Source: Nitrospirota bacterium (GTDB taxonomy: Bacteria; Nitrospirota; UBA9217). Taken from it: DNA of 64,000 bases. The notes beneath the pieces were generated by a model. It saw nothing but the letters and a program-made list of their open reading frames with translations. It did no database searches and was not told the origin of the DNA. Location of the stretch: the NCBI GenBank assembly GCA_963749655.1, contig CAVVOB010000027.1, positions 9,542 to 73,541 of the forward strand, given 5' to 3'. Both the position numbers and the translations under genes were made by a program. Positions 22,840-31,996 of the stretch are shown piece by piece (within the stretch, counting starts at the first letter, position 1; the number at the start of each line of letters is the position of its first letter).

Positions 22840-23718
22840 ATGCCGGGCATGCGTCTGCTTGTTCTGTCGGTGATCGCGATCGTGATCCTTGTTTTGGTTC
22901 CGGCCTGCAGCATGGAACACCTGCTGAGACGGGACAGCATGGTGCACTCGGGCAAAAGCGCCTGCGTCACCTGCCACCGTACAACGACTCCCTCTTCCTC
23001 GGACAGCGGCAGTTCTTTTGCTGGCGGCATCGATCCTTCCGCAGCATGCCTCGATTGCCATCACTACAATGTGAACCACCATCCGGTGAATGTCGCGCCC
23101 GACGGCGAGTATGCGCGCAAAGCGACAGGAGCGCTTCCTCTCTACGACGGCCAGGTGCGGTGCCTGACCTGTCATCAGGCGCACACTGATGCCGGCTGCG
23201 GAAACCTCAAAGGGACGCCGGCTCTGCTCCGGGGAGGCCCCTATGCGGACAAGCGGACATTGTGCTTCATGTGTCATTATGCAGAAAAATATGCGGAGAT
23301 AAACCCGCACAAGATGCTCGATGAGAACGGCAACATCCGGACCGTAAACGGATCCGTCGTATGCCTGCTGTGCCACACCGAAAAGCCCGATCCCTCGGGC
23401 GATCCCGGGAATGTTGAATTCAAGGCCGATGTGGCGTTCCTGTGCCAGCGGTGTCATACTCCCATGAAAGGCACCTTCCTCGACAGTCACCTCCATATAA
23501 CGCCGTCGCGGTCGGTCAGATCGCTGATGAAAAAGAACGAAAAGGCCTCGGACATTGCCATGCCCCTGGCCCTGGACGGGATGATCACCTGTTCAACGTG
23601 CCACAATCCTCACCAGTCCGGCGTCATCCTGCGCAAAGCTGCGAGCGCAGGGGCGGACGCACCCGGCAGGCTTCGCATTGCCAAAGAGGAAATGTGCACC
23701 GCATGCCACTTGATGTAA
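22840..23718 (+). CDS. Octaheme c-type cytochrome (paired-CXXCH type), exported
   Basis: Eight CxxCH motifs (CVTCH, CLDCH, CLTCH, CFMCH, CLLCH, CQRCH, CSTCH, CTACH); hydrophobic signal ending VPAC (possible lipobox). Confidence 0.92.
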   Translation: MPGMRLLVLSVIAIVILVLVPACSMEHLLRRDSMVHSGKSACVTCHRTTTPSSSDSGSSFAGGIDPSAACLDCHHYNVNHHPVNVAPDGEYARKATGALPLYDGQVRCLTCHQAHTDAGCGNLKGTPALLRGGPYADKRTLCFMCHYAEKYAEINPHKMLDENGNIRTVNGSVVCLLCHTEKPDPSGDPGNVEFKADVAFLCQRCHTPMKGTFLDSHLHITPSRSVRSLMKKNEKASDIAMPLALDGMITCSTCHNPHQSGVILRKAASAGADAPGRLRIAKEEMCTACHLM

Positions 23719-23846
23719 AATGATTTCTCAGGGCACGGAGCCCCTGTATCCGCAGCGACAATACTCCGCGCAGAGGAGCGAACCTGAACGGGAGAATGCA
23801 TGGGTTTTACAGGCATTCACGCATCCTGAATCTGCGTAAACAGGAG

Positions 23847-24389
23847 ATGATCAATCATATGAACAGAATAAACAAACTATTTATTCCCGTGCTGCTTCTC
23901 GGCCTCTCGACAATCGTCGTTCTCGAATTGATGGCTCTTGCAGTGCAGGCTGCGGAAAAAGACCTGCAATTTGTCCGCGGTGAGCGCGACAGGATCTGGT
24001 ACCTGAAGACCGATACGCTGATCAGCACCGCTCCGGGCACCTTCAGCTTCTGGAACAAGGTCGTTCCGGCGAAAGGGAGCCCCTATTTTTCACGGATGGG
24101 GGAAGTCCTGCATCATGGGGGAAAAAGGACCGACCGGCTGGAGTTTATCCAGGCCCTGCAGGAGGTCGACTGCACAGCAGGCACCTCCAGGATCTTGAGC
24201 ATTGTTTACTTCGACAAGAAGGAGCGCATCATACTCACGCAATATGATGCGAACAGCTCTCCCGCTCTTGCCGATTTTACCGGGGACGCAAAGCTGGTCG
24301 CAGAGACGGTCTGTGCCGAAGCATGGAGTGACAGCGGTGAGCAGTATGCTGTTGCGAGATTCGCTCCCGCTCCCGCGCCAGGCAAGTAA
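23847..24389 (+). CDS. Exported protein, surface-adhesin E-like domain
   Basis: Signal peptide; WYLKTDT...FWNK...EVDC...RILSIVYFDKKERII...ETVC pattern. Confidence 0.6.
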   Translation: MINHMNRINKLFIPVLLLGLSTIVVLELMALAVQAAEKDLQFVRGERDRIWYLKTDTLISTAPGTFSFWNKVVPAKGSPYFSRMGEVLHHGGKRTDRLEFIQALQEVDCTAGTSRILSIVYFDKKERIILTQYDANSSPALADFTGDAKLVAETVCAEAWSDSGEQYAVARFAPAPAPGK

Positions 24390-24448
24390 GATCCGGGCTG
24401 TGGAGAGCGCGGGAAAGAACAAAAAAGGACGGCGCTTTGCAGGTTGTT

Positions 24449-25636
24449 CTACAGGCTGATGTTTTCCACCATGCTCCTGAAATACCGGCAGTTCGCCATG
24501 AGGTCCGGTCCGTGGGTGAACAGCCCGCCGCCGATCAGGAAGATCAGGTCCCGTCCGTAAGTTTCGATCATCTCCGGCACCCGTTCAATGCTCATGCCTC
24601 CTCCCGGCGCGGGGAAGATGGATTTGAGCGTCCCCATCGGTTCGGAGGCTGCGTCCGCAATCTCCCTGCATTCCCTGCGGCTGAAGGAGAATCGCCCCCC
24701 GAAGTTCGGGAAGATGGTAGCGTCCGCGCCGCCGAGCCGGGCAAGCTGTCCGAAGACGACTCCGTGGGACATGCCGCTGTTGCCCGTGACAAAACTCCCC
24801 TGCAGGGCCGGATGGGTAAGGATCGGAAGCGCGAGCCCGTCGTCCTCAGCCAGTTCCCGCATGCAGTCGTATCCCACCAGACCCGGCGCGACCATGAGCC
24901 CTCCGGCCCCCGCTTCCTTCGCAATCCTGGCCCGCTTCAAGACCTCGTTATTCGGCGCGGTCACGTTGGCTATATATATAGGAGGACTCCCTGATTCCCT
25001 GCCCGCCCGTTGTACCGCATCAGCGCAGCGTTTGACCCGCTCCGCAAAAGGCGAACAGCGCTGGTCCGTCAGGCCGTGGTCGTCCTTGATCATGTCCATG
25101 CCGCCCAGGGCGAACCGGTACGCGAGGTCGGCAAGTTCGGTGCAGGAAAGGCCCATGGGTTTTATCGCGGTCGAGAGGAGCGGCCGCTTCGGAACGTTCA
25201 ATAATTTCCTGAGCCCGTCCCTGCCGAAGCGGGAGCCTTTAAAATTCCTGAGCAGCGTTTCAGGCAGATCGAGGTGCTCTACGCGGATGCCGGGCTTGAT
25301 GCTGCTGTTTCCGAATATGACGTTCAGGAGCTGCGTGAGCTCGCCTGCGGCTATCTCGACGGCATAGCTGACGATCGCCCGGAAGCTGTCATTGTCAAAC
25401 CGTTCGAACAGTTCTATCCGTCCGAACACATGGTCCCGGATCACGCCTTCGGGAACTTCGTGAGCCGGAAATTCCACGGTCTGTTCGATGCAGATGTCCT
25501 CGGCTTTGGCGCGCGCTTCGCTCTCATTGCCGAAGATGCGGTAGAAGACGGAGAAGCGGCCTGAAGAAAAAAGAGAGGAGGGGGTAGAGGTTTTGTGAAG
25601 GATCATGGCGCTCCGTCTCTGTTGACGATTATTCAC
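24449..25636 (-). CDS. RuBisCO-like protein (form IV, KDDH type resembling Rhodospirillum rubrum RLP / DeepYkr clade)
   Basis: EQTVE, LLNVIFGNSS, RFG..GLR, AIKPMGLS, GGMDMIKDDHGL, THPA, RLGGAD..IFPNFGGRF, PAPGGGM, LIGGGL. Confidence 0.93.
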   Translation of the reverse strand: MNNRQQRRSAMILHKTSTPSSLFSSGRFSVFYRIFGNESEARAKAEDICIEQTVEFPAHEVPEGVIRDHVFGRIELFERFDNDSFRAIVSYAVEIAAGELTQLLNVIFGNSSIKPGIRVEHLDLPETLLRNFKGSRFGRDGLRKLLNVPKRPLLSTAIKPMGLSCTELADLAYRFALGGMDMIKDDHGLTDQRCSPFAERVKRCADAVQRAGRESGSPPIYIANVTAPNNEVLKRARIAKEAGAGGLMVAPGLVGYDCMRELAEDDGLALPILTHPALQGSFVTGNSGMSHGVVFGQLARLGGADATIFPNFGGRFSFSRRECREIADAASEPMGTLKSIFPAPGGGMSIERVPEMIETYGRDLIFLIGGGLFTHGPDLMANCRYFRSMVENISL

Positions 25637-26087
25637 CGTTGCCGCTGTCCTTTTTAGTTTTTCCTTCGAGCTGTTTATATTTCCGGAACGCCACGGAAAG
25701 CGTCGACGACTCGGATATGGCCCCTGCCACGAGGAGAGCGTCCATGATCTCTTCGAGCGACGCGCCGTGGTCCATGGCCCGCGCCATGTGCGCTTCGAGG
25801 CAGTGGTCGCACCGAAGTGCCGCGGCAGCGCCGATGGCCACCAGCTCCGCCGTCTTCCTGTCCAGCGTGGACGGCTCCTTATAGATCGCCATGCCCTTCA
25901 GGATGAAGGGGTTGAAATTCCGCGGCCGGTCCTTCAGCACGTTCAAGAGAAACCCCAGCTCCCCTTTCTTGTTCCGGTGCAGGTCCGCGAGCTCTTCCGT
26001 GAGCTCGTCCCTGCAAAGCAGCGCCCGGGTCTCTTTCACGAGGTTTGAATTCTTAACTTTTTTCGAAGGACTCTTAGCTTTTTTCAT
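25629..26087 (-). CDS. Carboxymuconolactone decarboxylase / AhpD-like protein
   Basis: LDRKTAELVAIGAAAALRCDHCLEAH...A...GAS.EEI; CxxC intact; overlaps the RLP start. Confidence 0.88.
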   Translation of the reverse strand: MKKAKSPSKKVKNSNLVKETRALLCRDELTEELADLHRNKKGELGFLLNVLKDRPRNFNPFILKGMAIYKEPSTLDRKTAELVAIGAAAALRCDHCLEAHMARAMDHGASLEEIMDALLVAGAISESSTLSVAFRKYKQLEGKTKKDSGNGE

Positions 26088-26181
26088 TTAAATTTGCCAA
26101 TCCGCGTTTCGCAATTATCTTCCCTGGCTACCGGCCCCTTGCCCCAGGCCCCCATCTTTTCCATTCCGCATTCTCATTGCT

Positions 26182-28179
26182 TTACAGGGCTTCCGCTTTC
26201 GCCTCGCTGTGAACGGCGCTGATGTGTGCCTTTGCAAGCTCTTCTTCGGATATGTTGAATTTTTCCTTTGTCAGGTTTTCCGTTTCTTTGATCAGCGCCA
26301 TGGCGTCCATGTCGTATTTCTTCAACAGATAATTTTTGCTCGCGCCGTGGGCATAGGTGTCTCTGAGGCCCATACGCACCAGTTTTTTCGAAATGCCCGC
26401 CTCAGCCATCTGTTCGGCGACGATCGATCCCAGGCCGCCGATGATGGTGTGGTTTTCCATGGTGATCACGCCGTGGCGGGATTTCGCGATCGCCTCAAGC
26501 ACGGATTCGTCATTGAAAGGCTTCAACGTCGAGATGTGCAGATGCTGGATCGACAGCCCCCGTTGTTTCAGGACCTGCACCGCCCGCAGCGCCTCTTCGG
26601 TCATAATGCCCGAGGTCAGGAGCGCGATGTCGCCTCCCGTCGAAAGCGTCCGCGCCCTATTGAACTGCATGGGCTCCTCTTTCGGGAACAGCCTCGGGAT
26701 CTCGCCCCTGAGCATCCGCACGTAGACCGGGCCTTTGATCTTTTCGACCACCGCGAGGACCGACTCCACCTCGGTGGCATCGCCGCATTCAAGGACCGTC
26801 ATGTTCGGCAGCGCCCGCATCAGCGCCACGTCTTCGATGGCCTGGTGAGTGGCCCCGCCGGGCGTGGTGATGCCGGGCAGGAACCCGATCATCCTGACCG
26901 GCAGATTGGGATAGGATACGGACATGGCGATCTGGTCAAAGGCGCGGCGATAGATGAAGACCGCGAAAGTATGAACAAAGGGGATGAAACCCTCGCGCGC
27001 GAGGCCTGCCGCGAAGCTCAGCATGTTCTGCTCGGCAATGCCCATGGACAGGAACCGGTCGGGATAAGTCGACCGGAAAAGGTCGATCTCCGTCGAGCTG
27101 GTGAGGTCGGCCGAAAGCACGAGCACCTCCGGCTTGTCCGCGGCCCAGGCAACGAGGTTCTTCGCATGCACCCGCGTGACGATCTCGGGGCCAAGCGGCT
27201 TCTCCCCTTTTCCTTCTCCCCTTGAGGGAGAGGGCGGAGTGAGGGGTGCTTCAGAACCCGTCATCTCAGCCAGAGCAGCCAGATACTGTCCCTTTTCCTC
27301 GGCCGACGAAAAGCGGACATAATGCATCTTGGGGGCCCGGGACTTCAGGACCTCGATCCCCATCGCAGCATCGGTATCGCACAGGACGACGACGGGCCTG
27401 CCGTCCGGCGCCAGCGCCCCCGTGTCGGCAAGGCGCTTGATGTCGTGGCCGTTCACCCGGAACACGCGGCAGCCGAAGGCCTCGAGCCTCTTGTCAAGCG
27501 GCTCGATGTCCATGACCGAGCACATCTTTCCGTCGCACTGGAACCCGTTCACGTCCACGTAGATGACGACGTTGTCGAGCATATGGAAGGACATGGCCTG
27601 AAGCGCTTCCCAGGTCTGGCCGATCTGGAACTCGCCGTCGGACATGAAAAGGAAAACCCTGCCCTTCTCGCCCTTCCGTTTCCGCGCCATGGCAATGCCC
27701 GCGGCCTGGCTGATGCCCTGGCCGAGAGAGCCCGTCATGGTCTCCATGCCCGGCGAGTGCTCCGCGCCGATCATCTCGACGGAGCTGCCGTCCTTGTTGA
27801 ACTGCAGGAGCCCCTCCTCGGCCATGCGGCCCGTTTCGATCAGGGTCGCATAGAGCACGAGCGCATACTGGGCCGGTGAAAGAAAGAAGCGGTCGCGGTC
27901 CGGGCCGGGCCCGTTGAAGTCCGCTCCCGTGAAATAATGAGGATTGCCGGGTCCGGGAACTCCCGGAAACGGCCTGGGGACCAACGGAACTTCGATCGTT
28001 CCGAGGTTCATGACCTTGACGTAAAGCGTCGCCAGGATCTCCGCCGAGGAGCAGGCCTGGGAGAGGTATCCTCCGTTGTTCCTGATCGTGTGTTCGAGCA
28101 CGCGGCGCCGGATACTTGCTGCAACGCGCTTCACCTCGCTCTGCCATGCCGCACCAATGTCTTTCTTCTCTGCCTTCAT
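26182..28179 (-). CDS. Transketolase-like ThDP enzyme, N- and C-terminal subunits fused, atypical active site
   Basis: TGSLGQG, SDGE...WEA...DN....DVNGFQCDG ThDP motif, SADLTSST, GIAEQNM, GATHQAIED, TMENHTIIGGLG. Confidence 0.9.
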   Translation of the reverse strand: MKAEKKDIGAAWQSEVKRVAASIRRRVLEHTIRNNGGYLSQACSSAEILATLYVKVMNLGTIEVPLVPRPFPGVPGPGNPHYFTGADFNGPGPDRDRFFLSPAQYALVLYATLIETGRMAEEGLLQFNKDGSSVEMIGAEHSPGMETMTGSLGQGISQAAGIAMARKRKGEKGRVFLFMSDGEFQIGQTWEALQAMSFHMLDNVVIYVDVNGFQCDGKMCSVMDIEPLDKRLEAFGCRVFRVNGHDIKRLADTGALAPDGRPVVVLCDTDAAMGIEVLKSRAPKMHYVRFSSAEEKGQYLAALAEMTGSEAPLTPPSPSRGEGKGEKPLGPEIVTRVHAKNLVAWAADKPEVLVLSADLTSSTEIDLFRSTYPDRFLSMGIAEQNMLSFAAGLAREGFIPFVHTFAVFIYRRAFDQIAMSVSYPNLPVRMIGFLPGITTPGGATHQAIEDVALMRALPNMTVLECGDATEVESVLAVVEKIKGPVYVRMLRGEIPRLFPKEEPMQFNRARTLSTGGDIALLTSGIMTEEALRAVQVLKQRGLSIQHLHISTLKPFNDESVLEAIAKSRHGVITMENHTIIGGLGSIVAEQMAEAGISKKLVRMGLRDTYAHGASKNYLLKKYDMDAMALIKETENLTKEKFNISEEELAKAHISAVHSEAKAEAL

Positions 28180-28584
28180 ACCCTTCTTACGCTCTCCAAT
28201 TCCGCATTGTTGCTAAAATACCGCCTGTTTCACAAAACAAAACCCCGACAAGCTTGCAGGCTCACAGGCCGGCAGGCCGGGCTTTGCAACGTCTGACGGC
28301 GTTGATTATCACGCAAGGATGAACCGGTGTCAAGGCGAAAGAGTCCCCGAACCGGACCAGGGAGCCACCGGTTCCGCGGACGATGCGGAACACACAGTGG
28401 GGACACAGAAAAAGTCTCGCAACATTTCATGAAGTATACCCTCCTCCTTGGTTTACTATCTGCGTTTATCCGTGTTCACCTGTGGTTCCCTTCTCTTAAA
28501 ATCCTGCCCGACCGGCCAGGTGGCTGCACTCCGGCCCGCACTACGGGGTCCGGATGCGTACTTGCTATTTTTCATATTATTACA

Positions 28585-28630
28585 TTGACACGTTTTTATA
28601 TATTTGATATAGTTGGTATGCCATACTATA
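28585..28630 (+). promoter_or_regulatory. Sigma-70 promoter with overlapping palindromic operator
   Basis: TTGACA 28585-28590, 17-bp spacer, TGn-TATAGT 28605-28613, then near-palindrome TATAGT-TGGTATGCCA-T-ACTATA; RBS AGGAGG before ATG 28680. Confidence 0.75.
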
Positions 28631-28679
28631 GTAATATCAGCACTGTAGACACCTTAACTATTACAAAGGAGGCACAAGA

Positions 28680-29150
28680 ATGAAAAAAATGTTGAGCTTG
28701 ACGATTTCTTTTCTCCTCGTACTCGGGATGATCGCCCCGGTGCTCGCATCAGGACAATTCGACCACATCCTCACGACTGCGGATGTGGAAAAGGCCACCG
28801 GCTTGACGGGCGTAAAACAGGTGCCCCGCGAGCCGCTGAACAAGTTCAGGAACGGAGACCTAAACTTCGTTCTGCGTGACGGAACGCCTGTTCTCATGAT
28901 CCAGTTCCGGCCGTCGTTCGTGTTCGACGCGATGAAATCGGACAGCGGGTACTTCAAATCGCCGCTTACGGGCATCGGCGAAGAGGCGTTCACCAGCCCG
29001 GCCTTCGACCCCCAGTTCTCGATCAATCTGCACAAGGGGCACTACGTGTCCGTCGTGACCACCAATGTCGACCCCCGGGACAAGACCAGGACGGTCATCA
29101 ATATGGACAAGCTTATCGTGATCGCCAAGATCGTGGCGTCGCGGATGTAG
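28680..29150 (+). CDS. Secreted hypothetical protein
   Basis: Signal peptide MKKMLSL...APVLA, promoter, RBS and terminator all present. Confidence 0.8.
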   Translation: MKKMLSLTISFLLVLGMIAPVLASGQFDHILTTADVEKATGLTGVKQVPREPLNKFRNGDLNFVLRDGTPVLMIQFRPSFVFDAMKSDSGYFKSPLTGIGEEAFTSPAFDPQFSINLHKGHYVSVVTTNVDPRDKTRTVINMDKLIVIAKIVASRM

Positions 29151-29191
29151 CCCGTCTTCCCGACCATTAGCACATACAAAACAAAGACAGC

Positions 29192-29227
29192 AAAAAGCCG
29201 TCGGTTCAATTGATCCGGCGGCTTTTC
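29192..29227. terminator. Intrinsic terminator, probably bidirectional
   Basis: AAAAAGCCGTCGG-TTCAATTGAT-CCGGCGGCTTTT between convergent genes. Confidence 0.75.
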
Positions 29228-29383
29228 TATTTGCGTGATTTGGGGACAAATGATTTTAGAATCCGTTCTGTCCGCAGAGGACGCAGAAAAAGCGAATCGG
29301 TAATTTAAATCCGGGCATGCATCTGCGTAATCTGCGGACAAATTGCTCTTGGTAGGTTTTTATAGAATTTGCGGGGACTGCGC

Positions 29384-29848
29384 TCAGACAGCGACCTTGA
29401 CCACGATCTTCAGAACAGAAGACGACGCACCGGCTGCAAGTTTCGGAGCATGCGCATCCTCGGGATAGAACACCGCAAGCTGACCTGCCTGCAGATGCAC
29501 GGGCGTCCACTTCCCCGCCGGAATTGTGCCGAAGCAGATGTCCCGCTCGGCGCTGTACGCCTCCGTTACCGTCATCAGCTCCGCAGGCGCCCAGCCGATC
29601 ATTTCCTCTCCCGACACAATGACCTGGACATCGATATAGGCCGCATGATGCTCGAACTTCGGCGTACCTGCAGCGGCAGTCTCATATCTCTGGACGGTCG
29701 CGAACACGCGCTGCCCGTCGATCTCCACCTTGCCGGCGGCCAAGCCGCCCAGGTCCGCGCGTTTCAGGAAGTCAATGGCGGTCCTCATAGACGGCGTCAT
29801 CGCGATCTGATGTTCCATATGCCGGAGATCAGTTGCAAGCACGGTCAC
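29384..29848 (-). CDS. YhcH/YjgK/YiaL (NanQ/TabA) family protein
   Basis: FEHHAAYIDVQVIVSGEE.IG, YSAERDICF, FYPEDAHAP, KIVVKV. Confidence 0.9.
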   Translation of the reverse strand: MTVLATDLRHMEHQIAMTPSMRTAIDFLKRADLGGLAAGKVEIDGQRVFATVQRYETAAAGTPKFEHHAAYIDVQVIVSGEEMIGWAPAELMTVTEAYSAERDICFGTIPAGKWTPVHLQAGQLAVFYPEDAHAPKLAAGASSSVLKIVVKVAV

Positions 29849-29884
29849 TCTCCCTGTGCGGGAACGGGGAATCAGACGGCCCGC

Positions 29885-30196
29885 TCACCGCAGCCTCGTC
29901 CTGCACTTTTTGCATACTTCACGGTGGATATCGGCGCCCAGGTACCTGTTGCATGATGGGCACCTCCAGTTGAAGGCCGTGAAGCCGATGAATGTCGCAA
30001 TGCACCAGGCCTGCATCCCGAAGATCACGTCTTTGGAAAAGTTCCCGAAACGCTCAGGCTGTTTATAAATCACTGCAGACAGGAGCACGAGAAAGAGCGC
30101 TATGGCTATAGCAATGATCTGGCGGGACTGGCGCTCGTAAAATTTCCGTTTGATTGTCTCAGGGTCTTTTTCCCGAACCGGTGATCTTCTTGCCAT
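29885..30196 (-). CDS. Small membrane protein with C-terminal zinc ribbon
   Basis: Two TM segments then NWRCPSCNRYLG...CKKC. Confidence 0.7.
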   Translation of the reverse strand: MARRSPVREKDPETIKRKFYERQSRQIIAIAIALFLVLLSAVIYKQPERFGNFSKDVIFGMQAWCIATFIGFTAFNWRCPSCNRYLGADIHREVCKKCRTRLR

Positions 30197-30314
30197 GGAC
30201 CACAACCTCTTTCCCCTTCACATTAACTGTTCAATCCGCAATTAAAAAACGCTGTCAGCATTCAGCTTGTGTCACGCACTCCTGGACCCTTGCCTTACTG
30301 CTTCCGCACTTGAA

Positions 30315-30800
30315 TCATTTCCCGCAGCATTTCTTGAACTTCTTGCCGCTGCCGCAGGAACAGAGATCGTTTCTCCCCACCTTGGGTGCGGCCCGGACCG
30401 CGGGCTTCGGCATGAGCTTCCCTGTTGAAAAATACCAGGAACCGTCCTTTTTTTCAAAGGTGGACACTTCATGGTGCTCCTGCCGTATCCCTTTCTCCGT
30501 GTAGAAAACGGTGAACTCGACGGTGCCCGTGGAATCGCCGGCGCCGCCTGCCGTGGTCTTATGAATCGTGATGCCGTGCCATTCGGCCCGTTCGGCCCAG
30601 GCGCGGCTGCTCTGCGCATCATAATCCTTCCGGTAATCGGGATGGAGGGATGACAAAAGGTAGTCCATCTCCATCCTGACGTAGGCGCTGTAGCGGGAGC
30701 GCATGAGCTGTTCGGCTGTTGCCGCCGCCTGTTCGCCCTTGATCAGGGGCCTGCAGCAGAGCGCGTAATCTTTGTTTGATCCGCAGGGACAATTATCCAT
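30315..30800 (-). CDS. ychJ: YchJ family protein with SEC-C motifs
   Basis: CPCGS...CC, TAEQLMRSRYSAY, GTVEF, HHEVSTF...WYF..G, GRNDLCSCGSGKKFKKCC. Confidence 0.93.
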   Translation of the reverse strand: MDNCPCGSNKDYALCCRPLIKGEQAAATAEQLMRSRYSAYVRMEMDYLLSSLHPDYRKDYDAQSSRAWAERAEWHGITIHKTTAGGAGDSTGTVEFTVFYTEKGIRQEHHEVSTFEKKDGSWYFSTGKLMPKPAVRAAPKVGRNDLCSCGSGKKFKKCCGK

Positions 30801-30820
30801 GAAAAAATTCCTTTCGATGC

Positions 30821-31672
30821 TCAAAAACCGAGCGAACGGTGCAGCTTCTGCCAGGCTGTCGGCTTGGGTCTCAGGGCCCATACGGTGAACCAGATAGCGG
30901 CGATCAGGACGATCACGGTGGCGACCTGCACGGCGCGGGATCGATGAACCTCGGTCCGCCACCACGTGTATCCCCTCAAGGCAGCGTCGGAGCCCGCCAC
31001 GAGCAGATTCTGGGCATGCTCTTTTGCGGGGGCGAACACATCAGCAGGGTTGACCACGGCAAGCCTGTTGCGCACCCGGCTGAGCCCCAGACCGCCGAAG
31101 GGCAGACCGGCCGCAGGAGCCCCGGCTGCCGTTATTTTTCCCGCATACCCGCCGGCTTCGTCGGCCCGCGGAATACGGTACATCCGGACCTTGTCCGAAA
31201 TACCCTTAAGTTCGGCATAGCCGACTTCCTCCCAGGGGACCTCGGACCGGGTCATGGAGAGAAAGACAGACTCTGAAAAATAGACCTCTCCTGCCGCTGC
31301 CTTGCCCTCGATCCTGGCGGCAATGTTCACCGCTTCTCCGAACACGTCTCCCCCGTCGATGCGGACCTCTCCCACATTGACGGCGGCACGGACCTTGAAA
31401 CGATCCGACGGGTCCACGCCTGCATCGGTCTCCGCGAGCCGGTCCTGGATCGCCGTGGAGCACAGCAGCCCGTCTGTGGGCGAACGGAAGGTGAGCAGGT
31501 AGGCGTCGCCGATGGTCTTCACGACCTTCCCGTTGTATACGCGGACAAGGGGCCGCACGATCTCATCAAAACGACGCAGCATGAGCAGGTTCTGTTCGCG
31601 CGTCTGGACCGAGGTGCGGGGGGTAAAGCCGGCGATATCCACAAAGACGATGGCGAGGTTTTCAGTTCTCAT
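30821..31672 (-). CDS. Class III adenylate/guanylate cyclase with C-terminal membrane anchor
   Basis: IVFVDIAGFT, VKTIGDA, DVFGEAVNIAARIE, ELKG; C-terminal hydrophobic helix. Confidence 0.9.
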   Translation of the reverse strand: MRTENLAIVFVDIAGFTPRTSVQTREQNLLMLRRFDEIVRPLVRVYNGKVVKTIGDAYLLTFRSPTDGLLCSTAIQDRLAETDAGVDPSDRFKVRAAVNVGEVRIDGGDVFGEAVNIAARIEGKAAAGEVYFSESVFLSMTRSEVPWEEVGYAELKGISDKVRMYRIPRADEAGGYAGKITAAGAPAAGLPFGGLGLSRVRNRLAVVNPADVFAPAKEHAQNLLVAGSDAALRGYTWWRTEVHRSRAVQVATVIVLIAAIWFTVWALRPKPTAWQKLHRSLGF

Positions 31673-31832
31673 TGTATTCGACGGGCCCCCGGCGGATCGG
31701 CTGCGAAAAATCAGGCAGGGGGCTGTTATGCGCCTCTTTTGTTCAGGATGACAGAGCCGGATATTCCTACCACAGGATGGCCATGCTGTCAAGCCGTTTT
31801 CCGGATCTGACACGCCGCGATCCGTGCAAACC

Positions 31833-31862
31833 TGTAGGGGCGAACGGCCGTTCGCCCCTACA
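31833..31862. repeat. GTAG-type REP palindrome
   Basis: TGTAGGGGCGAACGGCCGTTCGCCCCTACA, a perfect palindrome. Confidence 0.85.
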
Positions 31863-31996
31863 AATGCGAAACGACATTACAATCCCGCCGGTAATAATGA
31901 ATACCTCTTGCTTTCGGAAAACCATTGTGGAATAATCCATTTTGCTCCGGCGCTCTGCGCGCACGGAGCGCTCGATTTACATCTTCGGAGGCGTTG

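Noticed and set aside
24449-25636. CO2-fixing RuBisCO (Calvin cycle with transketolase)
   Set aside because: KDDH instead of KDDE, short length, and no rbcS or prk; this is a form IV RuBisCO-like protein.
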